Assembly (NCBI GenBank): GCA_030527015.1
Contig: JAUNBR010000003.1
Coordinates: 28,624 to 92,623 of the forward strand
Direction: 5' to 3'
Origin: Planctomycetia bacterium
GTDB taxonomy: Bacteria > Planctomycetota > Planctomycetia > Pirellulales > Thermoguttaceae
DNA length: 64,000 nt
Every line of letters starts with the position of its first letter. Within the stretch, counting starts at the first letter, position 1. Shown here piece after piece: positions 25,197-34,907 of the stretch. The position numbers and the translations under genes are program-made. The notes below the pieces were generated by a model. The model was not told where the DNA came from, searched no databases, and was given only the letters and a program-made list of their open reading frames with translations.

Positions 25197-27743
25197 TCAG
25201 GGAAGCATGATGACGCGGAACCCGAGATAATGCCGACGATTCGTGGGTTCTTCTTTAAGACGGCACGCAGAACGGCAGCGTCTTGTGGGAGACGTCCATC
25301 CACCACCACGCGCCACACGATCTGTACCCTCTGTCGGGCCAGTGGGATCCGTAACATCCTCCTCAGTAAAAGATTTATGCCAGTCGGCACTCCATTCCCA
25401 TACGTTTCCGTGCATATCATGGATTCCCCAGGCATTCGGCTTACGCATCCCCACCGGACAGGGTTTACCGTCAGTATTTTTCGTATACCATGCCACTTCA
25501 TTAAGATGATAACATGCCTCTTCTCTACTGGTAATATTTTTTCCATTATTAAGACTGGCGGTGGATCCCGCCCGACAGGCATACTCCCACTGTGCCTCCG
25601 TGGGAAGATAAATGTCGAAACCTTTCTCACGTAATTTCTCGCAAAATATTTGGCAGTCTTCCCAACTTACCTGTTCCACGGGAAAGTTCTGTGTGAGTAT
25701 TCCCTTCACTTTATAGGCACTGGTGCCCCAGCGCGAAAAACAGGCCGGATTATTACGCATAACAGTCGCCCACATTAACTGTGTAACCTCTGTCTCCATG
25801 ATCCAAAAACCTTCAGAAAAAGTAACCTTATGCTGTTTTTCGTCAGATTCCCGACCCAATTCATTTTTCGGTGACCCCATAATAAACTCACCCGGGGGAC
25901 ACCAGCGGAAGGCATACGTCACGCCATTAATTTTTTTTGTTATTCGGGTACCCGGTTTACGTTCTTTGGTACGTGCAGAAGTTTTTTTCTTCTCTCCGGA
26001 AGTTTTTATTTCTTCCGCAGACTCATTATCCGTTTTTCCAGAAGCTGCTTTCTCAGTTTTCGTTTCTTTCTCTGCAGAAGTTTTCGCTTCTTTCTCCGCC
26101 TCCCCAGTTTCGCTTTCCTTTTCCGTTCCCGATTCGGCTTTATCTTCTGGTTTAGCTTCCGCTTCTTTTTCCGCGGATCCAGCTTCTGCTTCCTTTTCCG
26201 TTTCAGCGCCAGCTTCCGCTTTCTTTTCTGTTTCAGATTCCGCTTTATCCTCTGTAGTTTCAGCCTCTGTTCCTTCGAATTTTATACCATTTTTTTCCGC
26301 GTACTTTTCCGCCACGGATCCATTCATTCCATGAATAATGAGTTTTGGACACCCGTCAAAAACCTTATCCTCAATTACCACCACGCTCTCTGGAACAGTA
26401 ACCGTATGAAGTGCCGAACATCCGTAAAACGCACGAGCCATTATCGTCGTAACGCCTTCAGGAATAAAAATTTCCTCAAGATGTGATCTGGAAAACGCAC
26501 GGCCTTCGATCGTCGTGACACCGTCAGGAATGACATAAGTTCCACTTTTCATCTGTGGACAGGCCAGTAAAGCTTTTCCATCTTTCGAGAAAAGTACGCC
26601 ATCATGAACAGCATAATGATGATTGTCAGACGCGAATTGGATTTTCTCCAGATTCCTGCAGTGCCCAAACACGCCGCTTTCAATATACGTAACACTATCA
26701 GGAATCGTAACACTCGTAAGCGTGTCACAGCCTCTAAACGTACTGGCATTAATCGCCTTTACGGGCAGATTCTCAATCATTTCGGGTATCTTAACTTCAG
26801 AATCAGAGCCCAAATATTTTGTTAAAATGACATAATCGGCACGGGTCGCATAATCATATTTTACCACGGAAACATCCTCTTCCGTTTCCGGAATGACAGA
26901 AGCTGGCTTATTATCCGTATCCGTGGCTTTCTCAGCAGATGTATTTTTTTCAGCAGACCTGTCTTTTTCAGAAGGAGAAACTTTTTCAGAAGATGTATTT
27001 TTTTCGATTTCCGGATTTCTTTGGACTATTTTTTCAGAAGTTCCCAGACCGCCCAGCAGCCAAATCAGCATGAGAAGTAACAGCACTCCCGCAGTAATAC
27101 CGCCCCCGAGAAACATCTGTGACTTCTTTTGTACCGTCGGGGCTTTTGGATGCAGCGGAGTTTTCTTTGTAGAAGGAAAGAGCGGAGAAACCGAATGTTT
27201 ATTCCCCTCTACAGACACATCTGGCGCCACAAAAAGAGAGGATAAAACATCCGACTCTGATTTCGTCTCAAGAGGGGGCACGGGAACAGTTTTTTTATTA
27301 ATCGCAGACGCAGAAACACTCGGCGGTAAATTCTTTTCTGCAGGAGACACACTCAGTACAGAACCGTCTTTCGGAGGAATTTTATTTTCCAGAGAAATCT
27401 TCGTCGAATGTAAGGAAACGTCCGCCGCTTCCACCGCCACCGCTTTCGGCGGACGAACGAATTCCAGCTCTTTCCTTAACTTGGCATCATACTCCTGTTT
27501 CTTTTCAGGATTTAAAAGAATGACCCGTGCCTGCGAAAGTTCATTCAAAATCTGCTGCGATTCCTGAGAGTATTTTCCCGTCTGAAAAGTCCGAATAAAC
27601 GTCATCTGTCGGTCCGCAGCATTAGAAATGACAGATTCCTGAGATTCAAGATTCTTGATTCCCAATAATCGATAATGACTGATAGGCCGTTCTTCCGGGG
27701 AAATACCGAGCCATTCGTGATATGGGTCAAAAGAAGCAGGCAT
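25197..27743 (-). CDS. multidomain protein: J-like domain, TM, BspA-type LRR, acidic linker, formylglycine-generating-enzyme (SUMF1) domain
   Basis: N-terminal DPYHEWLGI...HYRLLGI. One TM (GGGITAGVLLLLMLIWLLGG). IPD.VT.IE..AF repeats. EKEAE/KAE low-complexity linker. C-terminal FGE motifs (WEW.ADW, RGGGW, R.RSACR). Confidence 0.8.
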   Translation of the reverse strand: MPASFDPYHEWLGISPEERPISHYRLLGIKNLESQESVISNAADRQMTFIRTFQTGKYSQESQQILNELSQARVILLNPEKKQEYDAKLRKELEFVRPPKAVAVEAADVSLHSTKISLENKIPPKDGSVLSVSPAEKNLPPSVSASAINKKTVPVPPLETKSESDVLSSLFVAPDVSVEGNKHSVSPLFPSTKKTPLHPKAPTVQKKSQMFLGGGITAGVLLLLMLIWLLGGLGTSEKIVQRNPEIEKNTSSEKVSPSEKDRSAEKNTSAEKATDTDNKPASVIPETEEDVSVVKYDYATRADYVILTKYLGSDSEVKIPEMIENLPVKAINASTFRGCDTLTSVTIPDSVTYIESGVFGHCRNLEKIQFASDNHHYAVHDGVLFSKDGKALLACPQMKSGTYVIPDGVTTIEGRAFSRSHLEEIFIPEGVTTIMARAFYGCSALHTVTVPESVVVIEDKVFDGCPKLIIHGMNGSVAEKYAEKNGIKFEGTEAETTEDKAESETEKKAEAGAETEKEAEAGSAEKEAEAKPEDKAESGTEKESETGEAEKEAKTSAEKETKTEKAASGKTDNESAEEIKTSGEKKKTSARTKERKPGTRITKKINGVTYAFRWCPPGEFIMGSPKNELGRESDEKQHKVTFSEGFWIMETEVTQLMWATVMRNNPACFSRWGTSAYKVKGILTQNFPVEQVSWEDCQIFCEKLREKGFDIYLPTEAQWEYACRAGSTASLNNGKNITSREEACYHLNEVAWYTKNTDGKPCPVGMRKPNAWGIHDMHGNVWEWSADWHKSFTEEDVTDPTGPTEGTDRVARGGGWTSPTRRCRSACRLKEEPTNRRHYLGFRVIMLP

Positions 27744-27796
27744 GAGTAACCCTCATAATATATTTTATTTTTAAAATTGTCGCTGCAAAATAAAAT

Positions 27797-27909
27797 TTTA
27801 CCGATTCCACTTTAAACTTTATTTAATCCTGGAAGCTGGTATTTTCTGCAAAACAAAAATGCTGATAATGTGAAAATTTAAGAGTATCTTGTATCATATT
27901 TCGGGTATA
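27797..27909 (-). repeat. SIR105 degenerate copy
   Basis: ...TACCGATTCCACTTTAAACTTTATTT...GTGAAAATTTAAGAGTATCTTGTATCATATTTCGGGTATA. Confidence 0.5.
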
Positions 27910-28041
27910 AAATCATTCCACCCAAAAAAGCTCAACAATCATTCATTATTTTACCAAAAGAATACTCGTCTGTCAAGCAAAAAATAGCTTCACCGAAATT
28001 TTCTGATAATTAATTGAAATTTATAGGTTGCGTACGTATTT

Positions 28042-28083
28042 TATATCTATGATTTTTATAAATTTTCTCTTCCCTGGCATTTT
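28042..28083 (+). repeat. SIR105 5'-arm fragment
   Basis: TATATCTATGATTTTTATAAATTTTCTCTTCCCTGGCATTTT. Confidence 0.4.
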
Positions 28084-28179
28084 GTGATGTGTGAATGAGT
28101 TTTTTCTTTGGTTTTCTTAATAAAAATCTAAAATAAATTCGAGATGTCACGGAAACTCTGAAAAAACTCACATTATATT

Positions 28180-28878
28180 TCAATTATCTTCTTTAAGATT
28201 CGTGCGTACCCATCTCCATTCATACCGATTTTCTGTCGGGATCTGATTACACTCCACACAGACAAAAAATGGGCGAGACTTCTGCATTAAGCCTTCTCCC
28301 ACGACGACATTAAATTCATAAATGTATGCTCTCTGTTTTTTTAATATAAAAGTTTTCGACAGACGTACATACTCCGCACGGCCACCACAAAACTCTTTTA
28401 ACAGATACTGGGGGGCCTCCGCAGTCTGAAAATTTTTATACGCTTCAATAAACACAGGATTACTGGCATAACTGACATCTATTCCCCGTCCTTTAGCGCG
28501 CTGATAACTGCTTAAACCGAGCTGACAGGCCTCTTTTTCACGGCCCTGAAGCATTAAATCCAGCCACTGTCCCGCGAAAATTTGCCCATCATATACATCC
28601 ATCCTTTTATAAATCCATGAATCTGCCAGCGCAGCTGAAGAAAAAAACAAAGAAAAAAAGAATCCCCATACAGCTATTTTTTTTCCTGAAAGAACAGATG
28701 GATACATCATAAAAAGAATCGCTCCCCATGTAATCATCAGCAGAGAAAGAAAGGGAATCCATATAAAAAACGGATGCACCAGAGCCATGGGCGACAAAAA
28801 ACCGATCGTTCCACCAATTACTGCAGGAATACACAGAGGGTGATATTCATTTAAATGGCTTTCTTCATAAATATCCAT
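28180..28878 (-). CDS. hypothetical membrane protein
   Basis: 232 aa with about 3 N-terminal TM segments and a soluble C-terminal half. No family recognised. Confidence 0.5.
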   Translation of the reverse strand: MDIYEESHLNEYHPLCIPAVIGGTIGFLSPMALVHPFFIWIPFLSLLMITWGAILFMMYPSVLSGKKIAVWGFFFSLFFSSAALADSWIYKRMDVYDGQIFAGQWLDLMLQGREKEACQLGLSSYQRAKGRGIDVSYASNPVFIEAYKNFQTAEAPQYLLKEFCGGRAEYVRLSKTFILKKQRAYIYEFNVVVGEGLMQKSRPFFVCVECNQIPTENRYEWRWVRTNLKEDN

Positions 28879-29053
28879 TTTATTTCTCTTTCGTTTTATT
28901 CTCCATCCTCAAAACCACTAATTCCGAGATCACATCATCACTCATAAACAGAGGGTTTAACATCTGATTCCCAGAAAAAACTTCCACTTTCCAGAAAAAA
29001 CTTCCATTTCATACCGATAAAACAGACGCTTCCATGATAAAAATTCAAAAAAG

Positions 29054-29159
29054 TAATACTGTTTCCACTTTAAATTTCCGTTTTGTGCGGTTCTTAAAGT
29101 AAGCATTTCAGCGAAGCAAAAATGCCGGAGAAACGAAAATTCATAGTGCATCGGATATA
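29054..29159 (-). repeat. SIR105 full copy
   Basis: TAATACTGTTTCCACTTTAAATTTCCGTTTTGTGCGGTTCTTAAAG...CGAAAATTCATAGTGCATCGGATATA. Confidence 0.9.
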
Positions 29160-29422
29160 AAACCACTTAAACACACTCCGCTTCAGATTTCCAGCATTTA
29201 TCCTCCATACTCCACTTACATTTTGTCCCACGACATTTTACGAAGCACCAGCTTCTATTACGCGCTTCATTTAAAATAAAATTAGAATCACACTTTTATA
29301 TTTTTATGACTGTGCCTCCAGTATTTCCACGCCAAAAATATCAGGATCTCTAAATTTTTAGAGCATCAGACTTTAAACTAAAATTTTATCCCCCAAAAAA
29401 CAGCTCCTGTTACAAAATTTAA

Positions 29423-30049
29423 TCAGGGACGTTTTGGTGCGTATTTATCCGAATAATTCGCCACACCCAAAGCATTTTTTTCATTCGCATAAAGCTCTAA
29501 CATGGCCCGAAACCGAGAATAACGCTCTGCATATGTATTTTTAGGATCAAAACTCGAATTTTCATCCACGTTATACACACCCGAAGAAACCCAGACCATA
29601 TAATCATGCCACTGGCGATCAGGCGCTAAACCAAGACATAATCTGTCTTTATGATTAAATCCCAAAAAATTCTTATATAAAGGAGCCTGATGCATGGAAA
29701 ACGTCAAAAAACTTACAAAAACTGCCGCGACGATAGCCGCCATTACCTTTCCACCATAAACATTCGCCAGCGAATGAAATTTCACATTCACTTTACTCAG
29801 CTGCTGCGTGGTAAAACGGAAAAAAGCATAAGCCACAAGAAAAACGAACCAAATCGCGACAAAATTATAAAAGAAATATCCCTTAAGCATTAAGGACTCC
29901 ATTAATTTCGCCACCGGCTCACTTAAACTGGACGCGATCGTGGCCGAAAAAATCAGATTTATCAGCCGAAGCGTGTTCCCCCATAAGGTGTCCGTCATCG
30001 TCGTGCCAAAAACTCCCAGAAAAATCACGATTAAAAGAAATGTAAGCAT
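29423..30049 (-). CDS. membrane protein, CvpA-like (tentative)
   Basis: 208 aa with 4 TM segments. The N-terminal arrangement resembles colicin V production protein family members. Assignment by eye only. Confidence 0.5.
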   Translation of the reverse strand: MLTFLLIVIFLGVFGTTMTDTLWGNTLRLINLIFSATIASSLSEPVAKLMESLMLKGYFFYNFVAIWFVFLVAYAFFRFTTQQLSKVNVKFHSLANVYGGKVMAAIVAAVFVSFLTFSMHQAPLYKNFLGFNHKDRLCLGLAPDRQWHDYMVWVSSGVYNVDENSSFDPKNTYAERYSRFRAMLELYANEKNALGVANYSDKYAPKRP

Positions 30050-30136
30050 AATATTATAAATCTCTGTTTAATTAATAATGAAATAATCTAAAAAACACGT
30101 CTGTCAAAAATCCCACGCCTCCAGGCAATTATCTTT

Positions 30137-30199
30137 TCATATCCGATACATTTCTCCACTTCCGCTTTTATACCTGATTTCCACTTTAATTTTAAGTGT
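30137..30199. repeat. SIR105 terminal fragments
   Basis: CATATCCGATACATTTCTCCACTTCCGC followed by TTATACCTGATTTCCACTTTAATTTTAAG. Confidence 0.4.
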
Positions 30200-30304
30200 T
30201 ATACTGGTTCCACTTTAAATTTCCGTTTCTGCCGCTCTGAAAGCAGACATTTTCAGTAAAGCAAAAATACCAGGGAAGTGGAAATTTCTCGTGCATCGGA
30301 TATA
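30200..30304 (-). repeat. SIR105 full copy
   Basis: TATACTGGTTCCACTTTAAATTTCCGTTTCTGCCGCTCTGAAAGCAG...GTGGAAATTTCTCGTGCATCGGATATA. Ends 2 nt from the GspE-like gene stop codon. Confidence 0.9.
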
Positions 30305-30306
30305 AA

Positions 30307-32427
30307 TTACTCCAGCGCACGTTTTAGCTCCTGAATAGAAGTCGTGCCTTTCACCACCAGCTGAATCCCTTCCTCCATCATGGATCGGTTCCCATCTTTC
30401 CGCAGTGCTTTACGAACCAGCTCTAATTTAGGCTGTTTACTCAAAATTTCACGGGTGACGTCTCCCGGAACCGCCAATTCATAAATCGCGACACGCCCCT
30501 TATATCCGATTCCCCGACACTCCGGACAGGGAGTCTGCTTTTCATCGACCTGTGGTGGACGATAAAACATAACCTCTTTATCCGCAGGAAATCCCAGCTG
30601 CCGTAATAACTGCGGAGCTGGCTGATACATTTCCTTACAGTGATCACACAGCCGCCGCGCCAGACGCTGGGTTAAAACAGCATTCACATTTTCCACGAAT
30701 TTCTCCGCGTCACACTTCGTCAGCATGAGCCGTAAAAGAGCTTCCGCACCATCTTTAGCCCGCACCGAGGTAATAAAAAAACGGTCACTTTCCGATAACT
30801 CTTCCGTCACCGCATCCAGCATTTCACCACAAGTAATGTCTCGGAGTAAAACGACATTCGGCTCCTTTAAAAACACTGATCGTAAATACTGTTTCCATTC
30901 CTCCGGCGTCTTCGCAGGAGAAACCTCCACAGGAATATTTTCCACTTCTTCATAATGATGTTCCCCATCATCGATCGCGATAAAATCCCGACAGTAACGG
31001 TCCGTTTTTCCCAGCATGACCGTCATCGTCGTGCGCAGACCTCCCGCTTTCGGTGCAGCAAAAATAAATATCCCTTTCTCACTGGCTAAATGCGTAAGCA
31101 CTTCCTGCTGTGTCTTCTCATTCATTCCCAGCTCGGCCGGAGTTTTAAATACCGTTTTCTCCACCTCAAACTGAACGATTACCCGTTCCCCCGTCTGTGT
31201 TCCCTGCGAAATAAACTTCGGAGTAACGTCCTTTTTTCGTGTCTCCGGCGGACGTTTTGACTCTTTCGCCACCTGCATTTCACGCTTCAGCTCTTTATGT
31301 CGCACTAAATCATCTTCTGGAGTTCTCTCGATTTCCTCCTGTACCTGCTTTATCTTCAGCCGATCCTCCGGAAAAGTATACTGATATTCATAAGTCGCTT
31401 TAAATTTTCCCTCCTGCTTACGGCGACGTTCCTGAGAATTTAATCCACATAAAAGTTTTAACGCTTCCAGAGCTGGGTCCGCTTTTTCACGCTCCATGGA
31501 ATGCCCCGCATGCCACGCACCGTCCACCTGATATTTAATCGTTACCCCCGTCTGTGAAAAATCCAGGACGATAACTTCTGCTTCCTGTCCCAGACCATCC
31601 GCCAGTAACTGACGAGCATCACGAAATCCTGGGTGGTGCTGCGCCGCGATACGCCTCTGTTCATTTTCCTTAATCGTCCCACCAAAAGAATTCAGCACGA
31701 TCGGTGGCCCCGACGCATGTTTATCCTTTTTCGCTTTTACAGCCATCTTAATCCCCACCATACTCAGATGATCGGCCAGCCAGTACTGTAAGTGCTCCGC
31801 CGTCATGACCTTTTCTCCATCCGAGACCACCGCATTCCGTTTCCTTACATATATAATAAGAGGAACCAGATAAGTTAAAAGAAGCAGTGGAAATCCCACC
31901 CAAAAAACGGGAATAATCCAAAATAGCATCAGTGCGCCAAGAAAAGACCCATAAATAATCGGCACCCAGCGCCCGACACCAAATTTATATTCCTGACAGT
32001 CACTGCTGAGCCAGTCCGTGGTATGAACCCAACAAAGATAAACCAAAATGGCAAGAAAAACTTTCCACAGAGAAACGTATCCCCCTTTTCCGAAATCTTT
32101 TGTAGAAAAAAGATTCGTTTCCTCTGGTGTTACAGGAGTTTCCTCAGCCTCTTCTTCTGCATTTTCTTCCTCCTGCACCCCCTCCTCATTTTCGGCATTT
32201 TCCTCTCCATTACTCTCAGACTCGGTGCCCTGCCCTTCCGTATTTTCCTCGCCTGGCACCCCCTCTTCCGTATTCTCCTGCTCAGAATTCCTCTCTTCAC
32301 CACCTTCTTCCGGCTCCTCTTGTGAGTACGCCGAAGATAAAAAGAAAACCTTAAAATGATTCTCCGAAACTCCCCCAGCTAAAGTGAATGAGAAAACAAG
32401 GATAAATAGCAAAACACGATACATCAT
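30307..32427 (-). CDS. GspE/PilB-like secretion ATPase homologue, membrane-anchored, catalytic motifs degenerate
   Basis: C-terminal CDHC...CPEC..GYKGR..IYEL tetracysteine block of GspE. FAAPKAGGLRTTM replaces Walker A, NVVLLRDI replaces Walker B/GEIRD, FFITSVRA replaces the His box. N-terminal signal/TM, acidic E/N/G-rich tract and 3 TM. Confidence 0.75.
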   Translation of the reverse strand: MMYRVLLFILVFSFTLAGGVSENHFKVFFLSSAYSQEEPEEGGEERNSEQENTEEGVPGEENTEGQGTESESNGEENAENEEGVQEEENAEEEAEETPVTPEETNLFSTKDFGKGGYVSLWKVFLAILVYLCWVHTTDWLSSDCQEYKFGVGRWVPIIYGSFLGALMLFWIIPVFWVGFPLLLLTYLVPLIIYVRKRNAVVSDGEKVMTAEHLQYWLADHLSMVGIKMAVKAKKDKHASGPPIVLNSFGGTIKENEQRRIAAQHHPGFRDARQLLADGLGQEAEVIVLDFSQTGVTIKYQVDGAWHAGHSMEREKADPALEALKLLCGLNSQERRRKQEGKFKATYEYQYTFPEDRLKIKQVQEEIERTPEDDLVRHKELKREMQVAKESKRPPETRKKDVTPKFISQGTQTGERVIVQFEVEKTVFKTPAELGMNEKTQQEVLTHLASEKGIFIFAAPKAGGLRTTMTVMLGKTDRYCRDFIAIDDGEHHYEEVENIPVEVSPAKTPEEWKQYLRSVFLKEPNVVLLRDITCGEMLDAVTEELSESDRFFITSVRAKDGAEALLRLMLTKCDAEKFVENVNAVLTQRLARRLCDHCKEMYQPAPQLLRQLGFPADKEVMFYRPPQVDEKQTPCPECRGIGYKGRVAIYELAVPGDVTREILSKQPKLELVRKALRKDGNRSMMEEGIQLVVKGTTSIQELKRALE

Positions 32428-32481
32428 GGACTCCTAAAACATTCCCCAATGAAAAAATATATTCGACATTTTATAACTTTT

Positions 32482-32585
32482 TATATCCGATACACTATAA
32501 AATTCCGCTTCATCGGCATTTTACTTCGCTAAAAATGCCTGCTTTCAGAGCCGCATAAAACGGAAATTTAAAAGAGAACCAGTAT
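32482..32585 (+). repeat. SIR105 full copy
   Basis: Near-consensus copy: TATATCCGATACACTATAAAATTCCGCTTCATCGGCATTTTACTTCGCTAAAAATGCC... Confidence 0.95.
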
Positions 32586-32704
32586 TACATCTCCAGCATT
32601 TTTATGCTGCATGAAATATGATTTTTATCATCACACAAATTTCATAATCACACAAAATAAAAATTTATGTTTAACCAGCGCATCTCCGAAAATTTTATAC
32701 TTTT

Positions 32705-32814
32705 TATATCCGATACACGATAAATTTCCGCTTTCCCAGCATTTTTACTTCGCTGAAAATGCCGGCATTAAAAGCCGCACAGAACGGAAATTTAAACAAG
32801 AATCAGATGGTATA
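32705..32814 (+). repeat. SIR105 full copy
   Basis: TATATCCGATACACGATAAATTTCCGCTTTCCCAGCATTTTTACTTCGCTGAAAATGCC...GGAAATTTAAACAAGAATCAGATGGTATA. Confidence 0.85.
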
Positions 32815-32841
32815 ACATTTTCATCGAAAACCACTTTTCCC

Positions 32842-34302
32842 TTATTTCGCACGTTTCGCCAAAACCTGTGTAATGAGAATCGTAAGCTGTTTCATCGAAA
32901 CAGGCATCTGCACCACCACACGAAAATCATCACAGACTGCAGTTTCATTCCATGATTTTTGATTTTTTGCCAGCAGTAAAAACGCCGGTAATTTCCACGT
33001 GCCATGATCCAGCTCATGAGTACTATTAAATCCCTCCACAGCTAACATCCCAATATTTTGAGCATTTATCACCATGCAGTCCGCGACATGACGATCATCA
33101 TAAAAACGATCGATCGCTCGCTGCGGATCTGTCGTTAATAACACACGAAACCCGACTTTCTTAAACGACTCACGCAATATTTCCTGTAACTTCGGATCCG
33201 ACTCCACGATCATCACGGAATGCTCCACCAAAGAACGATTTCCCAGTAATACACTCTGATCCAAAATCTTTTCCGGATGCTCATGAATCTGCTGCTCAAT
33301 CAATTTTAAATCCCGCAAAAATTCTCCCGGTGTCTGATAACGTTTATGAACATCCAGGTTCATCGCCTTATTCACGACCATCGCGATCGCCAGCGGTAAT
33401 GAAGGCATCTTTTCCTGAACAGGCACCACCTCCCGAAAACGATTCGAGGAAATCCTCTGAATCCGATCTTTCGTTTCCAGTAACGGAGACTCCCCAGTCA
33501 ACATATGATAAAACATACACCCCGCAAAATAAATATCGCTGCGTGTATCATCTTTCTTCACCCCCGTGGCATTCTCTAAACCAGCGTAATCCAGTGTTCG
33601 CGGATTCGGAATCTCGATCACCATATCATCCAACTGTAAATTCTGATCCACCTGTGCCAGACCAAAATCCGCCAGTTTCGCCACTCCCCGACTGGTAACC
33701 ATAACATTCGTTAACTTCAAATCGCGGTGCGTCATCCCATGCTCAAAAGCATACTGTAAACCAGACACAATATTTTTCATAATGGATACCGCTTCTTTAT
33801 ACGCCACCTTTCCACGCAGACGTACAAAATCCGCCAAACTCTGCCCTTCTATAAATTCCATCGCCAGAAAATGTAGTTTCCCGCGAGAATAAACCTCCTT
33901 AATCTGAATAATATTCGGATGATTCAGAACTTTTCCCAGCTCTCCCTCACGCTGAAACTGTGTGCACGACTCCTGATTTTCACTGTATTTCGTCCTTAAA
34001 ACCTTTATCGCGACCACCTCTCCCGTCTCTCGGTGAACAGCCCGATATACGCGTGCAAAAGTTCCGCGCCCCACAAGATAAAGTGCTTTATAATCTCCAA
34101 AAAAGAAACCCGTGGTCCGCCCCTCCACTAAACGCTCCACCTGGTAATTCGTCAATAATTCACGACGAATTAATAAATTCGTAAATTCCTCCAGCGGAAC
34201 GTTTTTCGTCCCGATTTCTCCCCACGCCGCCTGTAACTGCCGCTCTGTCATTAAGCTCAGTTGAACGGCACGAATCCCTAATTGTTCAGCTGTCGGTGCC
34301 AT
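32842..34302 (-). CDS. Ser/Thr protein kinase with C-terminal receiver-like domain
   Basis: VGRGTFARVY...AIK, HRDLKLTNVMV and DFGLA motifs. C-terminal VMIVESDP...VLLTTDP resembles a CheY-like receiver. Confidence 0.85.
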   Translation of the reverse strand: MAPTAEQLGIRAVQLSLMTERQLQAAWGEIGTKNVPLEEFTNLLIRRELLTNYQVERLVEGRTTGFFFGDYKALYLVGRGTFARVYRAVHRETGEVVAIKVLRTKYSENQESCTQFQREGELGKVLNHPNIIQIKEVYSRGKLHFLAMEFIEGQSLADFVRLRGKVAYKEAVSIMKNIVSGLQYAFEHGMTHRDLKLTNVMVTSRGVAKLADFGLAQVDQNLQLDDMVIEIPNPRTLDYAGLENATGVKKDDTRSDIYFAGCMFYHMLTGESPLLETKDRIQRISSNRFREVVPVQEKMPSLPLAIAMVVNKAMNLDVHKRYQTPGEFLRDLKLIEQQIHEHPEKILDQSVLLGNRSLVEHSVMIVESDPKLQEILRESFKKVGFRVLLTTDPQRAIDRFYDDRHVADCMVINAQNIGMLAVEGFNSTHELDHGTWKLPAFLLLAKNQKSWNETAVCDDFRVVVQMPVSMKQLTILITQVLAKRAK

Positions 34303-34367
34303 ATTTTTCTCATCTTTATCTTTTTATCTTATCTTAAAAAAACCAAAAATCGTTCCGTTATTTCTTG

Positions 34368-34495
34368 TATACCCCGATCCCACTTTAAAATTCCTGAATT
34401 CCTCGGTCACAAAAGTACGCATTTTGTGAATCGCGAAATGCCGATCTGCCCGTCATCTGACCGCAGAAGCGGAAATTTAAAGGAAAACCAGTATA
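34368..34495 (-). repeat. SIR105 long variant (extra ~21-nt GC-rich block), termini ambiguous
   Basis: ...CCACTTTAAAATTCC...GCATTTTGTGAATCGCGAAATGCC + GATCTGCCCGTCATCTGACCGC + AGAAGCGGAAATTTAAAGGAAAACCAGTATA. Confidence 0.6.
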
Positions 34496-34596
34496 AATTA
34501 AAGTTTTGATCAGCCACAAAACTTGTGCGTTTTCAGTAAAATACAAAAACATCAAAAAAGGTGAAATTTCATCATTCAGTGAATATAACTCACTTA

Positions 34597-34740
34597 TATA
34601 CCCGATGCATTATAAAATTCCGTTTCATCTTTCTGCCGACAGGTCGGCCGGCATTTTTGCTTCGCTGCCAGCAGCAGGCTGAACTGAAAATGCTTCTTTC
34701 AGAGCCGCACAAAACGGAAATTTAAACGAAAACCAGTATA
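34597..34740 (+). repeat. SIR105 long variant (two extra blocks, 144 nt)
   Basis: Consensus arms plus ATCTTTCTGCCGACAGGTCGG inserted before CCGGCATTTTT, and CCAGCAGCAGGCTGAACTG inserted in the central loop. Confidence 0.85.
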
Positions 34741-34907
34741 TACATAAATATTCCGCTGCCAATAATTTTTTTGTATGCTTTTTTATTGTAGCATTTCTAC
34801 AAAAAAAACGCAAGCGTTCAGACAAAAATAGCGTCAAATTTCCTCCTTCGCCGACATCTCACTGTCCAGCACAGTCCCCCAAAGACCGACAGAATTTCAC
34901 ACCAAAA

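Noticed and set aside
25010-25634. ORFs 25010-25630 (-, other frame) and 25230-25634 (+), 134-206 aa
   Set aside because: They overlap the FGE-domain region of the 848-aa gene, whose frame carries recognisable FGE motifs. The alternative frames show none.
25723-27567. Plus-strand ORFs 25723-26334 and 26893-27567 (203 and 224 aa)
   Set aside because: They are antisense to the low-complexity acidic linker of the 25197-27743 gene. Long antisense ORFs are expected opposite GAA/GCA-rich repeats. The peptides are Ser/Phe-rich low complexity.
29347-29363. Palindrome CTCTAAA-TT-TTTAGAG as an operator site
   Set aside because: It is a short AT-rich palindrome in an AT-rich spacer with no second copy and no adjacent regulator. 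Chance occurrence is plausible.
32023-32359. Three overlapping plus-strand ORFs of 75-103 aa
   Set aside because: They are antisense to the acidic low-complexity N-terminal tract of the GspE-like gene. The peptides are Ser/Pro/Phe low complexity.
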